Shown: positions 1 through 16,927 of the stretch, in pieces
Numbering within the stretch: the stretch's first letter is position 1
Layout of the letters: each line of letters starts with the position of its first letter
Assembly (NCBI GenBank): GCA_964016885.1
Contig: OZ024746.1
Coordinates: 70,060,001 to 70,124,000 of the forward strand
Reading direction: 5' to 3'
DNA from: Eledone cirrhosa
Lineage: Eukaryota
Length of the DNA: 64,000 bases
Translations under genes and position numbers: made by a program
Notes under the pieces: model-generated
What the model was told of the DNA's origin: nothing
The model's input: the letters and a program-made list of their open reading frames with translations, nothing else
Databases searched by the model: none

Positions 1-118
1 CCTCCTCACAATTTGGCGGAGGAAAACGGCAGGCCAGGGATCGAGTTGGGGAACCGGAGGTATTGACAGCAATTGACACGAAAAGAAAGGGGTCGGTGAA
101 AATCCGGGGTTTGGTTAC

Positions 119-425
119 CTTCGCTCCTCTGCATTAAGGTTGGTGCAGCAAAAATCAATATAAATAAACAAATGAATAAATAAATATACATATGCATACA
201 CATGTATATAGTATATATATATATATATATGAACAAAAGAAATAAATAGAAATAAAAAGTTTAAAGTAATGAAAAAGAAAGTTTCGGCCGCTGAGGAAAT
301 GATGGAAAGCAATAAGCTATAATAATGAAACTAATCAATTATCGATTTAAGAAAACGTGCGAGGCAAATAGGAAGATTAGCCGAAGCAAAAGAAAGTCAG
401 TTATATTTGTGCTTTCAACTGTGAC
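119..425 (-). other. Candidate spliced exon (5'UTR plus possible start codon, M-Q-R-S-E, phase-1 donor)
   Basis: Minus strand shows a strong acceptor ttctcttctttctttctttgtttgcag|G at 426/425, ATG at 134-132 (ATG CAG AGG AGC GAA G) and donor AG|GTAACC at 119/118. No homology evidence. Confidence 0.3.
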
Positions 426-489
426 CTGCAAACAAAGAAAGAAAGAAGAGAACTGCAAGTAATCTATGAACAAGCAGCCAATCACACTA

Positions 490-1470
<981 letters not shown>

Positions 1471-1772
1471 CAAATACCCATTTACATATATTTCAGAGCT
1501 ACTTTAACTTTTCCTTTTTCTGCCATTATTAATTGTTCTTCCGCCCTTTCCTCACCACCCTTCCCCCACCCGTCCATATCCTCTCCGACTCCCTCCCCAT
1601 TTCTCCACACCCCCTCCGACTTCTTCCTTCACCACCTCTCCCCTCTCTTTCCTTCACTCCATATTCATGTATTATTTATTCACAAATACTTTTATTTTCC
1701 ATCTCTCTATGTGTATGTCAGTATTTATGTGTTTGAATGTGCTCCGGCGATAGGCGCTCTACACGCCCGCCT

Positions 1773-4700
1773 CTCTGTATCACTGTCTTTCTATATATGT
1801 ACTCTGTATCACTGTGTCTATCACTGTCTTTCTATATATGTACTTTGTATCACTGTGTCTATCATTGTCTTTCTATATATGTACTCTGTATGAGTGTGTC
1901 TATCACTGTCTTTCTATATATATACTCTGTATGAGTGTGTCTATCACTGTCTTTCTATATATGTACTCTGTATGACTGTGTCTATCACTGTCTTTCTATA
2001 TATGTACTCTGTATGACTGTGTCTATCACTGTCTTTCTATATATGTACTCTGTATGAATGTGTCTATCACAGTCTTTCTATATATGTACTCTGTATGACT
2101 GTCTACCACTGTCTTTCTATATATGTACTCTTTATGACTGTGTCTATCACTGTCTTTCTATATATGTACTCTGTATGAGTGTGTCTATCACTGGCTTTCT
2201 ATATATGTACTCTGTATGAGTGTGTGTATCACTGGCTTTCTATATATGTACTCTGTATGAGTGTGTCTATCACTGTCTTTCTATATATGTACTCTGTATG
2301 AATGTGTCTATCACGGTCTTTCTATATATGTACTCTGTATGACTGTCTACCACTGTCTTTCTATATATGTACTCTGTATGACTGTGTCTATCACTGTCTT
2401 TCTATATATGTACTCTGTATGAGTGTGTCTATCACTGGCTTTCTATATATGTACTCTGTATGACTATGTCTATCACTGTCTTTCTATATATGTACTCTGT
2501 ATGAGTGTGTCTATCACTGTCTTTCTATATATGTACTCTGTATGAGTGTGTCTATCACTGTCTTTCTATATATGTACTCTGTATGACTGTGTCTATCACT
2601 GTCTTTCTATATATGTACTCTGTATGACTGTGTCTATCACTGTCTTTCTATATATGTACTCTGTATGAGTGTGTCTATCACTGTCTTTCTATATATGTAC
2701 TCTGTATGAGTGTGTCTATCACTGTCTTTCTATATATGTACTCTGTATGACTGTGTCTATCACTGTCTTTCTATATATGTACTCTGTATGACTGTGTCTA
2801 TCACTGTCTTTCTATATATGTACTCTGTATGACTGTGTCTATCACTGTCTTTCTATATATGTACTCTGTATGACTGTGTCTATCACTGTCTTTCTATATA
2901 TGTACTCTGTATGACTGTGTCTATCACAGTCTTTCTATATATATACTCTGTATGAGTGTGTCTATCACTGTCTTTCTATGTATGTACTCTGTATGGCTGT
3001 GTCTATCACTGTCTTTCTATATATGTACTCTGTATGACTGTGTCTATCACAGTCTTTCTATATATGTACTCTGTATGAGTGTGTCTATCACTGTCTTTCT
3101 ATATATGTACTCTGTATGACTGTGTCTATCACAGTCTTTCTATATATATACTCTGTATGAGTGTGTCTATCACTGTCTTTCTCTATATGTACTCTGTATG
3201 ACTGTGTCTATCACTGGCTTTCTCTATATATACTCTGTATGACTGTGTCTATCACTGTCTTTCTATATATGTACTCTGTATGACTGTGTCTATCACTGTC
3301 TTTCTATATATGTACTCTGTATGAGTGTGTCTATCACTGTCTTTCTATATATATACTCTGTATGAGTGTGTCTATCACTGTCTTTCTATATATGTACTCT
3401 GTATGACTGTGTCTATCACTGTCTTTCTATATATGTACTCTGTATGACTGTGTCTATCACTGTCTTTCTATATATGTACTCTGTATGAATGTGTCTATCA
3501 CAGTCTTTCTATATATGTACTCTGTATGACTGTCTACCACTGTCTTTCTATATATGTACTCTGTATGACTGTGTCTATCACTGGCTTTCTATATATGTAC
3601 TCTGTATGAGTGTGTGTATCACTGGCTTTCTATATATGTACTCTGTATGACTGTGTCTATCACTGTCTTTCTATATATGTACTCTGTATGAATGTGTCTA
3701 TCACAGTCTTTCTATATATGTACTCTGTATGACTGTCTACCACTGTCTTTCTATATATGTACTCTGTATGACTGTGTCTATCACTGGCTTTCTATATATG
3801 TACTCTGTATGAGTGTGTGTATCACTGGCTTTCTATATATGTACTCTGTATGACTGTGTCTATCACTGTCTTTCTATATATGTACTCTGTATGAATGTGT
3901 CTATCACGGTCTTTCTATATATGTACTCTGTATGACTGTCTACCACTGTCTTTCTATATATGTACTCTGTATGACTGTGTCTATCACTGTCTTTCTATAT
4001 ATGTACTCTGTATGAGTGTGTCTATCACTGGCTTTCTATATATGTACTCTGTATGACTATGTCTATCACTGTCTTTCTATATATGTACTCTGTATGAGTG
4101 TGTCTGTCACTGTCTTTCTATATATGTACTCTGTATGAGTGTGTCTATCACTGTCTTTCTATATATGTACTCTGTATGACTGTGTCTATCACTGTCTTTC
4201 TATATATGTACTCTGTATGACTGTGTCTATCACTGTCTTTCTATATATGTACTCTGTATGAGTGTGTCTATCACTGTCTTTCCATATATGTACTCTGTAT
4301 GAGTGTGTCTATCACTGTCTTTCTATATATGTACTCTGTATGACTGTGTCTATCACTGTCTTTCTATATATGTACTCTGTATGACTGTGTCTATCACTGT
4401 CTTTCTATATATGTACTCTGTATGACTGTGTCTATCACTGTCTTTCTATATATGTACTCTGTATGACTGTGTCTATCACAGTCTTTCTATATATATACTC
4501 TGTATGAGTGTGTCTATCACTGTCTTTCTATGTATGTACTCTGTATGGCTGTGTCTATCACTGTCTTTCTATATATGTACTCTGTATGACTGTGTCTATC
4601 ACAGTCTTTCTATATATGTACTCTGTATGAATGTGTCTATCACTGTCTTTCTATATATGTACTCTGTATGACTGTGTCTATCACAGTCTTTCTATATATA

Positions 4701-7700
4701 TACTCTGTATGAGTGTGTCTATCACTGTCTTTCTATATATGTACTCTGTATGACTGTGTCTATCACTGGCTTTCTATATATATACTCTGTATGACTGTGT
4801 CTATCACTGTCTTTCTATATATGTACTCTGTATGACTGTGTCTATCACTGTCTTTCTATATATGTACTCTGTATGAGTGTGTCTATCACTGTCTTTCTAT
4901 ATATATACTCTGTATGAGTGTGTCTATCACTGTCTTTCTATATATGTACTCTGTATGACTGTGTCTATCACTGTCTTTCTATATATGTACTCTGTATGAC
5001 TGTGTCTATCACTGTCTTTCTATATATGTACTCTGTATGAATGTGTCTATCACAGTCTTTCTATATATGTACTCTGTATGACTGTCTACCACTGTCTTTC
5101 TATATATGTACTCTGTATGACTGTGTCTATCACTGTCTTTCTATATATGTACTCTGTATGAGTGTGTCTATCACTGGCTTTCTATATATGTACTCTGTAT
5201 GAGTGTGTGTATCACTGGCTTTCTATATATGTACTCTGTATGACTGTGTCTATCACTGTCTTTCTATATATGTACTCTGTATGAATGTGTCTATCACGGT
5301 CTTTCTATATATGTACTCTGTATGACTGTCTACCACTGTCTTTCTATGTATGTACTCTGTATGACTGTGTCTATCACTGTCTTTCTATATATGTACTCTG
5401 TATTAGTGTGTCTATCACTGGCTTTCTATATATGTACTCTGTATGACTATGTCTATCACTGTCTTTCTATATATGTACTCTGTATGAGTGTGTCTATCAC
5501 TGTCTTTCTATATATGTACTCTGTATGACTGTGTCTATCACTGTCTTTCTATATATGTACTCTGTATGACTGTGTCTATCACTGTCTTTCTATATATGTA
5601 CTCTGTATGACTGTGTCTATCACTGTCTTTCTATATATGTACTCTGTATGAGTGTGTCTATCACTGTCTTTCTATATATGTACTCTGTATGAGTGTGTCT
5701 ATCACTGTCTTTCTATATATGTACTCTGTATGACTGTGTCTATCACTGTCTTTCTATATATGTACTCTGTATGACTGTGTCTATCACTGTCTTTCTATAT
5801 ATGTACTCTGTATGACTGTGTCTATCACAGTCTTTCTATATATGTACTCTGTATGACTGTGTCTATCACAGTCTTTCTATATATGTACTCTGTATGAGTG
5901 TGTCTATCACTGTCTTTCTATATATGTACTCTGTATGACTGTGTCTATCACAGTCTTTCTATATATATACTCTGTATGAGGGTGTCTATCACTGTCTTTC
6001 TATATATGTACTCTGTATGACTGTGTCTATCACTGGCTTTCTATATATATACTCTGTATGACTGTGTCTATCACTGTCTTTCTATATATGTACTCTGTAT
6101 GACTGTGTCTATCACTGTCTTTCTATATATGTACTCTGTATGAGTGTGTCTATCACTGTCTTTCTATATATGTACTCTGTATGAGTGTGTCTATCACTGT
6201 CTTTCTATATATGTACTCTGTATGACTGTGTCTATCACTGTCTTTCTATATATGTACTCTGTATGACTGTGTCTATCACTGTCTATCTATATATGTACTC
6301 TGTATGACTGTGTCTATCACTGTCTTTCTATATATATACTCTGTATGACTGTGTCTATCACTGTCTTTCTATATATGTACTCTGTATGACTGTGTCTATC
6401 ACTGTCTTTCTATATATGTACTCTGTATGACTGTGTCTATCACTGTCTTTCTATATATGTACTCTGTATGAGTGTGTCTATCACTCTCTTTCTATATATG
6501 TACTCTGTATGACTGTGTCTATCACTGTCTTTCTATATATGTACTCTGTATGACTGTGTCTATCACTGTCTTTCTATATATGTACTCTGTATGACTGTGT
6601 CTATCACTGTCTATCTATATATGTACTCTGTATGACTGTGTCTATCACTGTCTTTCTATATATGTACTCTGTATGAGTGTGTCTATCACTGGCTTTCTAT
6701 ATATGTACTCTGTATGACTGTGTCTATCACTGTCTTTCTATATATGTACTCTGTATGACTGTGTCTATCACTGTCTTTCTATGTATGTACTCTGTATGGC
6801 TGTGTCTATCACTGTCTTTCTATATATGTACTCTGTATGACTGTCTCTATCACTGTCTTTCTATATATGTACTCTGTATGAGTGTGTCTATCACTGGCTT
6901 TCTATATATGTACTCTGTATGACTATGTCTATCACTGTCTTTCTATATATGTACTCTGTATGAGTGTGTCTATCACTGTCTTTCTATATATGTACTCTGT
7001 ATGACTGTGTCTATCACTGTCTTTCTATATATGTACTCTGTATGACTGTGTCTATCACTGTCTTTCTATATATGTACTCTGTATGCCTGTGTCTATCACT
7101 GTCTTTCTATATATGTACTCTGTATGAGTGTGTCTATCACTGTCTTTCTATATATGTACTCTGTATGAGTGTGTCTATCACTGTCTTTCTATATATATGT
7201 ACTCTGTATGACTGTGTCTATCACAGTCTTTCTATATATATACTCTGTATGAGTGTGTCTATCACTGTCTTTCTATATATGTACTCTGTATGACTGTGTC
7301 TATCACTGGCTTTCTATATATATACTCTGTATGACTGTGTCTATCACTGTCTTTCTATATATGTACTCTGTATGACTGTGTCTATCACTGTCTTTCTATA
7401 TATGTACTCTGTATGAGTGTGTCTATCACTGTCTTTCTATATATATACTCTGTATGAGTGTGTCTATCACTGTCTTTCTATATATGTACTCTGTATGACT
7501 GTGTCTATCACTGTCTTTCTATATATGTACTCTGTATGACTGTGTCTATCACTGTCTTTCTATATATGTACTCTGTATGAATGTGTCTATCACAGTCTTT
7601 CTATATATGTACTCTGTATGACTGTCTACCACTGTCTTTCTATATATGTACTCTGTATGACTGTGTCTATCACTGTCTTTCTATATATGTACTCTGTATG

Positions 7701-10700
7701 AGTGTGTCTATCACTGGCTTTCTATATATGTACTCTGTATGAGTGTGTGTATCACTGGCTTTCTATATATGTACTCTGTATGACTGTGTCTATCACTGTC
7801 TTTCTATATATGTACTCTGTATGAATGTGTCTATCACGGTCTTTCTATATATGTACTCTGTATGACTGTCTACCACTGTCTTTCTATGTATGTACTCTGT
7901 ATGACTGTGTCTATCACTGTCTTTCTATATATGTACTCTGTATTAGTGTGTCTATCACTGGCTTTCTATATATGTACTCTGTATGACTATGTCTATCACT
8001 GTCTTTCTATATATGTACTCTGTATGAGTGTGTCTATCACTGTCTTTCTATATATGTACTCTGTATGACTGTGTCTATCACTGTCTTTCTATATATGTAC
8101 TCTGTATGACTGTGTCTATCACTGTCTTTCTATATATGTACTCTGTATGACTGTGTCTATCACTGTCTTTCTATATATGTACTCTGTATGAGTGTGTCTA
8201 TCACTGTCTTTCTATATATGTACTCTGTATGAGTGTGTCTATCACTGTCTTTCTATATATGTACTCTGTATGACTGTGTCTATCACTGTCTTTCTATATA
8301 TGTACTCTGTATGACTGTGTCTATCACTGTCTTTCTATATATGTACTCTGTATGACTGTGTCTATCACAGTCTTTCTATATATGTACTCTGTATGACTGT
8401 GTCTATCACAGTCTTTCTATATATGTACTCTGTATGAGTGTGTCTATCACTGTCTTTCTATATATGTACTCTGTATGACTGTGTCTATCACAGTCTTTCT
8501 ATATATATACTCTGTATGAGGGTGTCTATCACTGTCTTTCTATATATGTACTCTGTATGACTGTGTCTATCACTGGCTTTCTATATATATACTCTGTATG
8601 ACTGTGTCTATCACTGTCTTTCTATATATGTACTCTGTATGACTGTGTCTATCACTGTCTTTCTATATATGTACTCTGTATGAGTGTGTCTATCACTGTC
8701 TTTCTATATATGTACTCTGTATGAGTGTGTCTATCACTGTCTTTCTATATATGTACTCTGTATGACTGTGTCTATCACTGTCTTTCTATATATGTACTCT
8801 GTATGACTGTGTCTATCACTGTCTATCTATATATGTACTCTGTATGACTGTGTCTATCACTGTCTTTCTATATATATACTCTGTATGACTGTGTCTATCA
8901 CTGTCTTTCTATATATGTACTCTGTATGACTGTGTCTATCACTGTCTTTCTATATATGTACTCTGTATGACTGTGTCTATCACTGTCTTTCTATATATGT
9001 ACTCTGTATGAGTGTGTCTATCACTCTCTTTCTATATATGTACTCTGTATGACTGTGTCTATCACTGTCTTTCTATATATGTACTCTGTATGACTGTGTC
9101 TATCACTGTCTTTCTATATATGTACTCTGTATGACTGTGTCTATCACTGTCTATCTATATATGTACTCTGTATGACTGTGTCTATCACTGTCTTTCTATA
9201 TATGTACTCTGTATGAGTGTGTCTATCACTGGCTTTCTATATATGTACTCTGTATGACTGTGTCTATCACTGTCTTTCTATATATGTACTCTGTATGACT
9301 GTGTCTATCACTGTCTTTCTATGTATGTACTCTGTATGGCTGTGTCTATCACTGTCTTTCTATATATGTACTCTGTATGACTGTCTCTATCACTGTCTTT
9401 CTATATATGTACTCTGTATGAGTGTGTCTATCACTGGCTTTCTATATATGTACTCTGTATGACTATGTCTATCACTGTCTTTCTATATATGTACTCTGTA
9501 TGAGTGTGTCTATCACTGTCTTTCTATATATGTACTCTGTATGACTGTGTCTATCACTGTCTTTCTATATATGTACTCTGTATGACTGTGTCTATCACTG
9601 TCTTTCTATATATGTACTCTGTATGCCTGTGTCTATCACTGTCTTTCTATATATGTACTCTGTATGAGTGTGTCTATCACTGTCTTTCTATATATGTACT
9701 CTGTATGAGTGTGTCTATCACTGTCTTTCTATATATATGTACTCTGTATGACTGTGTCTATCACTGTCTTTCTATATATGTACTCTGTATGACTGTGTCT
9801 ATCACTGTCTTTCTATATATGTACTCTGTATGACTGTGTCTATCACAGTCTTTCTATATATGTACTCTGTATGACTGTGTCTATCACAGTCTTTCTATAT
9901 ATATACTCTGTATGAGTGTGTCTATCACTGTCTTTCTATGTATGTACTCTGTATGGCTGTGTCTATCACTGTCTTTCTATATATGTACTCTGTATGACTG
10001 TGTCTATCACAGTCTTTCTATATATGTACTCTGTATGAGTGTGTCTATCACTGTCTTTCTATATATGTACTCTGTATGACTGTGTCTATCACAGTCTTTC
10101 TATATATATACTCTGTATGACTGTGTCTATCACTGTCTATCTATATATGTACTCTGTATGACTGTGTCTATCACTGTCTTTCTATATATATACTCTGTAT
10201 GACTGTGTCTATCACTGTCTTTCTGTATATGTACTCTGTATGACTGTGTCTATCACTGTCTTTCTATATATGTACTCTGTATGACTGTGTCTATCATTGT
10301 CTTTCTATATATGTACTCTGTATGACTGTGTCTATCACTGTCTTTCTATATATGTACTCTGTATGAGTGTGTCTATCACTCTCTTTCTATATATGTACTC
10401 TGTATGACTGTGTCTATCACTGTCTTTCTATATATGTACTCTGTATGACTGTGTCTATCACTGTCTTTCTATATATGTACTCTGTATGACTGTGTCTATC
10501 ACTGTCTATCTATATATGTACTCTGTATGACTGTGTCTATCACTGTCTTTCTATATATGTACTCTGTATGAGTGTGTCTATCACTGGCTTTCTATATATG
10601 TACTCTGTATGACTGTGTCTATCACTGACTTTCTATATATGTACTCTGTATGACTGTGTCTATCACTGTCTTTCTATATATGTACTCTGTATGAGTGTGT

Positions 10701-13700
10701 CTATCACTGTCTTTCTATATATATACTCTGTATGACTGTGTCTATCACTGTCTTTCTATATATGTACTCTGTATGACTGTGTCTATCACTGTCTATCTAT
10801 ATATGTACTCTGTATGACTGTGTCTATCACTGTGTTTCTATATATGTACTCTGTATGACTGTGTCTATCACTGTCTTTCTATATATGTACTCTGTATGAG
10901 TGTGTCTATCACTGTCTTTCTATATACGTACTCTGTATGACTGTGTCTATCACTGGCTTTCTATATATCTACTCTGTATGAGTGTGTCTATCACATTTTT
11001 TCTATATAGTACTCTGTATGAATGTGTCTATCACTGTCTTTCTATATATGTACTCTGTATGACTGTGTCTATCACTGGCTTTCTATATATGTACTCTGTA
11101 TGAATGTGTCTATCACAGTCTTTCTATATATGTACTCTGTATGACTGTGTCTATCACTGTCTTTCTATATATGTACTCTGTATGACTGTCTATCACTGTG
11201 TTTCTATATATGTACTCTGTATGACTGTGTCTATCACTGTCTTTCTATATATGTACTCTGTATGACTGTGTCTATCACTGGCTTTCTATATATGTACTCT
11301 GTATGAATGTGTCCATCACAGTCTTTCTACATATGTACTCTGTATGACTGTGTCTATCACAGTCTTTCTATATATGTACTCTGTATGACTGTGTCTATCA
11401 CTGGCTTTCTATATATGTACTCTGTATGAATGTGTCTATCACAGTCTTTCTATATATGTACTCTGTATGACTGTGTCTATCACAGTCTTTCTATATATGT
11501 ACTCTGTATGACTGTGTCTATCACTGTCTTTCTATATATGTACTCTGTATGACTGTGTCTATCACTGTCTTTCTATATATGTACTCTGTATGAGTGTGTC
11601 TATCACTCTCTTTCTATATATGTACTCTGTATGACTGTGTCTATCACTGTCTTTCTATATATGTACTCTGTATGACTGTGTCTATCACTGTCTTTCTATA
11701 TATGTACTCTGTATGACTGTGTCTATCACTGTCTATCTATATATGTACTCTGTATGACTGTGTCTATCACTGTCTTTCTATATATGTACTCTGTATGAGT
11801 GTGTCTATCACTGGCTTTCTATATATGTACTCTGTATGACTGTGTCTATCACTGTCTTTCTATATATGTACTCTGTATGACTGTGTCTATCACTGTCTTT
11901 CTATGTATGTACTCTGTATGGCTGTGTCTATCACTGTCTTTCTATATATGTACTCTGTATGACTGTCTCTATCACTGTCTTTCTATATATGTACTCTGTA
12001 TGAGTGTGTCTATCACTGGCTTTCTATATATGTACTCTGTATGACTATGTCTATCACTGTCTTTCTATATATGTACTCTGTATGAGTGTGTCTATCACTG
12101 TCTTTCTATATATGTACTCTGTATGACTGTGTCTATCACTGTCTTTCTATATATGTACTCTGTATGACTGTGTCTATCACTGTCTTTCTATATATGTACT
12201 CTGTATGCCTGTGTCTATCACTGTCTTTCTATATATGTACTCTGTATGAGTGTGTCTATCACTGTCTTTCTATATATGTACTCTGTATGAGTGTGTCTAT
12301 CACTGTCTTTCTATATATATGTACTCTGTATGACTGTGTCTATCACTGTCTTTCTATATATGTACTCTGTATGACTGTGTCTATCACTGTCTTTCTATAT
12401 ATGTACTCTGTATGACTGTGTCTATCACAGTCTTTCTATATATGTACTCTGTATGACTGTGTCTATCACAGTCTTTCTATATATATACTCTGTATGAGTG
12501 TGTCTATCACTGTCTTTCTATGTATGTACTCTGTATGGCTGTGTCTATCACTGTCTTTCTATATATGTACTCTGTATGACTGTGTCTATCACAGTCTTTC
12601 TATATATGTACTCTGTATGAGTGTGTCTATCACTGTCTTTCTATATATGTACTCTGTATGACTGTGTCTATCACAGTCTTTCTATATATATACTCTGTAT
12701 GACTGTGTCTATCACTGTCTATCTATATATGTACTCTGTATGACTGTGTCTATCACTGTCTTTCTATATATATACTCTGTATGACTGTGTCTATCACTGT
12801 CTTTCTGTATATGTACTCTGTATGACTGTGTCTATCACTGTCTTTCTATATATGTACTCTGTATGACTGTGTCTATCATTGTCTTTCTATATATGTACTC
12901 TGTATGACTGTGTCTATCACTGTCTTTCTATATATGTACTCTGTATGAGTGTGTCTATCACTCTCTTTCTATATATGTACTCTGTATGACTGTGTCTATC
13001 ACTGTCTTTCTATATATGTACTCTGTATGACTGTGTCTATCACTGTCTTTCTATATATGTACTCTGTATGACTGTGTCTATCACTGTCTATCTATATATG
13101 TACTCTGTATGACTGTGTCTATCACTGTCTTTCTATATATGTACTCTGTATGACTGTGTCTATCATTGTCTTTCTATATATGTACTCTGTATGACTGTGT
13201 CTATCACTGTCTATCTATATATGTACTCTGTATGACTGTGTCTATCACTGTCTTTCTATATATGTACTCTGTATGACTGTGTCTATCACTGTCTATCTAT
13301 ATATGTACTCTGTATGACTGTGTCTATCACTGTGTTTCTATATATGTACTCTGTATGACTGTGTCTATCACTGTCTTTCTATATATGTACTCTGTATGAG
13401 TGTGTCTATCACTGTCTTTCTATATACGTACTCTGTATGACTGTGTCTATCACTGGCTTTCTATATATCTACTCTGTATGAGTGTGTCTATCACATTTTT
13501 TCTATATAGTACTCTGTATGAATGTGTCTATCACTGTCTTTCTATATATGTACTCTGTATGACTGTGTCTATCACTGGCTTTCTATATATGTACTCTGTA
13601 TGAATGTGTCTATCACAGTCTTTCTATATATGTACTCTGTATGACTGTGTCTATCACTGTCTTTCTATTTATGTACTCTGTATGACTGTCTATCACTGTG

Positions 13701-14262
13701 TTTCTATATATGTACTCTGTATGACTGTGTCTATCACTGTCTTTCTATATATGTACTCTGTATGACTGTGTCTATCACTGGCTTTCTATATATGTACTCT
13801 GTATGAATGTGTCCATCACAGTCTTTCTACATATGTACTCTGTATGACTGTGTCTATCACAGTCTTTCTATATATGTACTCTGTATGACTGTGTCTATCA
13901 CTGGCTTTTTATATATGTACTCTGTATGAATGTGTCTATCACAGTCTTTCTATATATGTACTCTGTATGACTGTGTCTATCACTGGCTTTCTATATATGT
14001 ACTCTGTATGACTGTGTCTATCACTGTCTTTCTATATATGTACTCTGTATGAGTGTGTCTATCACTGTCTTTCTATATATGTACTCTGTATGAGTGTGTC
14101 TATCACTGGCTTTCTATATATGTACTCTGTATGAGTGTGTCTATCACTGACTTTCTATATATGTACTCTGTATCACTGTGTCTATCACTGGCCTTCTATA
14201 TATGTACTCTGTATGAGTGTGTCTATCACTGACTTTCTATATATGTACTCTGTATCACTGTG
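1773..14262. repeat. 41-bp tandem satellite, about 300 copies, with higher-order structure
   Basis: Unit CTGTGTCTATCACTGTCTTTCTATATATGTACTCTGTATGA with occasional 39/43-bp variants. Identical variant blocks recur at 5322/7862, 6677/9217/11799 and 10900/13400. Confidence 0.98.
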
Positions 14263-14312
14263 TGTGTTGTAAATATGTATTAGTGAGTGTGCCCCTTCTT
14301 TTGTTAAGTTAC

Positions 14313-14544
14313 CTATATACATACATATATGCATATATATATACATACATACATACAGACACACACAAACACCCACACACACACATATATATATATACAC
14401 ACACACACATATATACATACACACATATATATACACATATTCATATACACATATATATATATTCATACACACACACAGTCACACATATATATCTATATAC
14501 ACATACACTTATGTGTGTGCGTTTATCATGGAAGAAATTTCCAT
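14313..14544 (-). other. Candidate non-coding (5'UTR) exon
   Basis: Minus-strand acceptor gtctgtttcttttcag|A at 14545/14544 and donor AG|GTAACT at 14313/14312; interior is mostly TG/TA microsatellite. Confidence 0.22.
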
Positions 14545-14616
14545 CTGAAAAGAAACAGACATCAACATTCATAACATTTCCACACACATAACTCACACAC
14601 GCTCACATAATACATT

Positions 14617-14655
<39 letters not shown>

Positions 14656-14799
14656 GTTTATATACACGCAAAAATTACGATTGTATAAACATAATTAACA
14701 TACATGAATACACACTGATTTATATAGCAATAAGTGTATGCATGGCAATTGAATTTAAACCATTTCATTTTCTAATAAACATACATATCCCCTACACAC

Positions 14800-15640
<841 letters not shown>

Positions 15641-15697
15641 TATTCTTCCACAGGTCTCTGCCCCATCCGAGCTCAGTTTTCAATGTTCATCCATTTG

Positions 15698-15744
15698 ATT
15701 GGTTACACAGCACACTCAAGTTATGACGTCAGCTATTTCATTGG
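15698..15744 (-). promoter_or_regulatory. Candidate promoter/enhancer: CCAAT - CRE - CCAAT
   Basis: ATTGG at 15698-15702 and 15740-15744 (CCAAT on minus, 42 bp apart) flank a perfect TGACGTCA at 15724-15731, inside a unique-sequence island between microsatellites. Confidence 0.3.
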
Positions 15745-15867
15745 CAGAAGGAAAGCAGATCTCCATATCTATTCAACTAAATCAAGTCTAATCGAACGAC
15801 GAGAGCGATCTGGTTGATTGATTTCTGCATCTAAAACAAACGGTTACATTTCCATCTCTTCAAGGTA

Positions 15868-16026
15868 GCAACAATAACAACATTAACAACAATAACAACT
15901 ACAACCAACATTAACAACAGCAAGTGCAACTTATGCTACAACAATAAATACTTTTTGTATCTATAGAAGACAACAGTGATAACCACCATAACAACAACAG
16001 TGGAACACCGACTATAACAACAACAA

Positions 16027-16058
<32 letters not shown>

Positions 16059-16270
16059 GCAACAACAACAACCACACCAACAACAACAGTGTTATACCGA
16101 CAATAAAAGGCTAGAGAAATCAACACAACTATGACTATAATAACGTTTACAATAGAAACAAACAATAACAGCAAAACAAAGACCAACAAACATGGTACAA
16201 CCACAATACACAACTGCGACTATCATAACAAACAACTAGGATACAACAACAACAACAACAAGGGCAACAA
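15868..16270. repeat. Degenerate (CAA)n trinucleotide region
   Basis: Seen directly; gives the spurious poly-Val ORF on minus. Confidence 0.9.
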
Positions 16271-16471
16271 CTGAAAGAATTTGTCATAATCGTTAACAGT
16301 CCTCCTCCTAGGAGACTTAACACCTCTTTCTTCTTTTTTTTAATTTCCTTTCTCCATATACTTTATGTAATGTATATAATCTATATTTTCAATATACGAG
16401 TATACTATACATAATATATATAATCTATATTAAATATATAATCTTCATAATACATATATAGTCTATTTACT

Positions 16472-16573
16472 CGAGGTTAACTTTGCCTTTCATCCTTACG
16501 GGGTCGATAAAATAAAGTACCAGTAATGTACTGGGTAATTTGCTGGCCTTGTGCCTAAAGAAGAAACAATTAT
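16472..16573 (+). mobile_element. SINE family A, 5'-truncated copy
   Basis: Matches the 3' half of 16586-16775. Confidence 0.85.
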
Positions 16574-16585
16574 ATATTCTCTATA

Positions 16586-16775
16586 GGGCGGGGGATTGGC
16601 AGTATCGGTAGAGGGTCGGACGCCATGCTTTCCAGCATAGTTACGTCCCTTTACGATCTGAGTTCAAATCCCGCCGAGGTTAACTTTACCTTTCATCCTT
16701 ACGGGGTCGAAATAAACAAAGTACCAGTAATTCACTGGTTAATTGCTGGCCTTTTGCCAAAAGTAGAAACAATTA
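16586..16775 (+). mobile_element. tRNA-derived SINE family A, full length
   Basis: A box TGGCAGTATCGG, B box GAGTTCAAATCCC, body GCCTTTCATCCTTACGGGGTCGATAAAATAAAGTACCAG, tail GTAGAAACAATT. TATATTCTCTATA occurs on both sides (TSD-like). Confidence 0.9.
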
Positions 16776-16833
16776 TATATTCTCTATACTCTATATCACA
16801 TATATATATATATTTTCTTGCGACCTCCCCCCC

Positions 16834-16927
<94 letters not shown>

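Noticed and set aside
287-325. CTGAGGA...GAAAGC...GCTA hammerhead-like string
   Set aside because: Stem I and stem II cannot pair.
1773-14262. CRISPR-like array
   Set aside because: Head-to-tail repeats with no unique spacers, no cas genes, and a eukaryotic context.
15911-16213. Hydrophobic 100-aa ORF resembling a membrane protein
   Set aside because: Reverse translation of degenerate (CAA)n.
16586-16680. tRNA genes suggested by A/B boxes
   Set aside because: Boxes belong to SINE heads; no complete cloverleaf.
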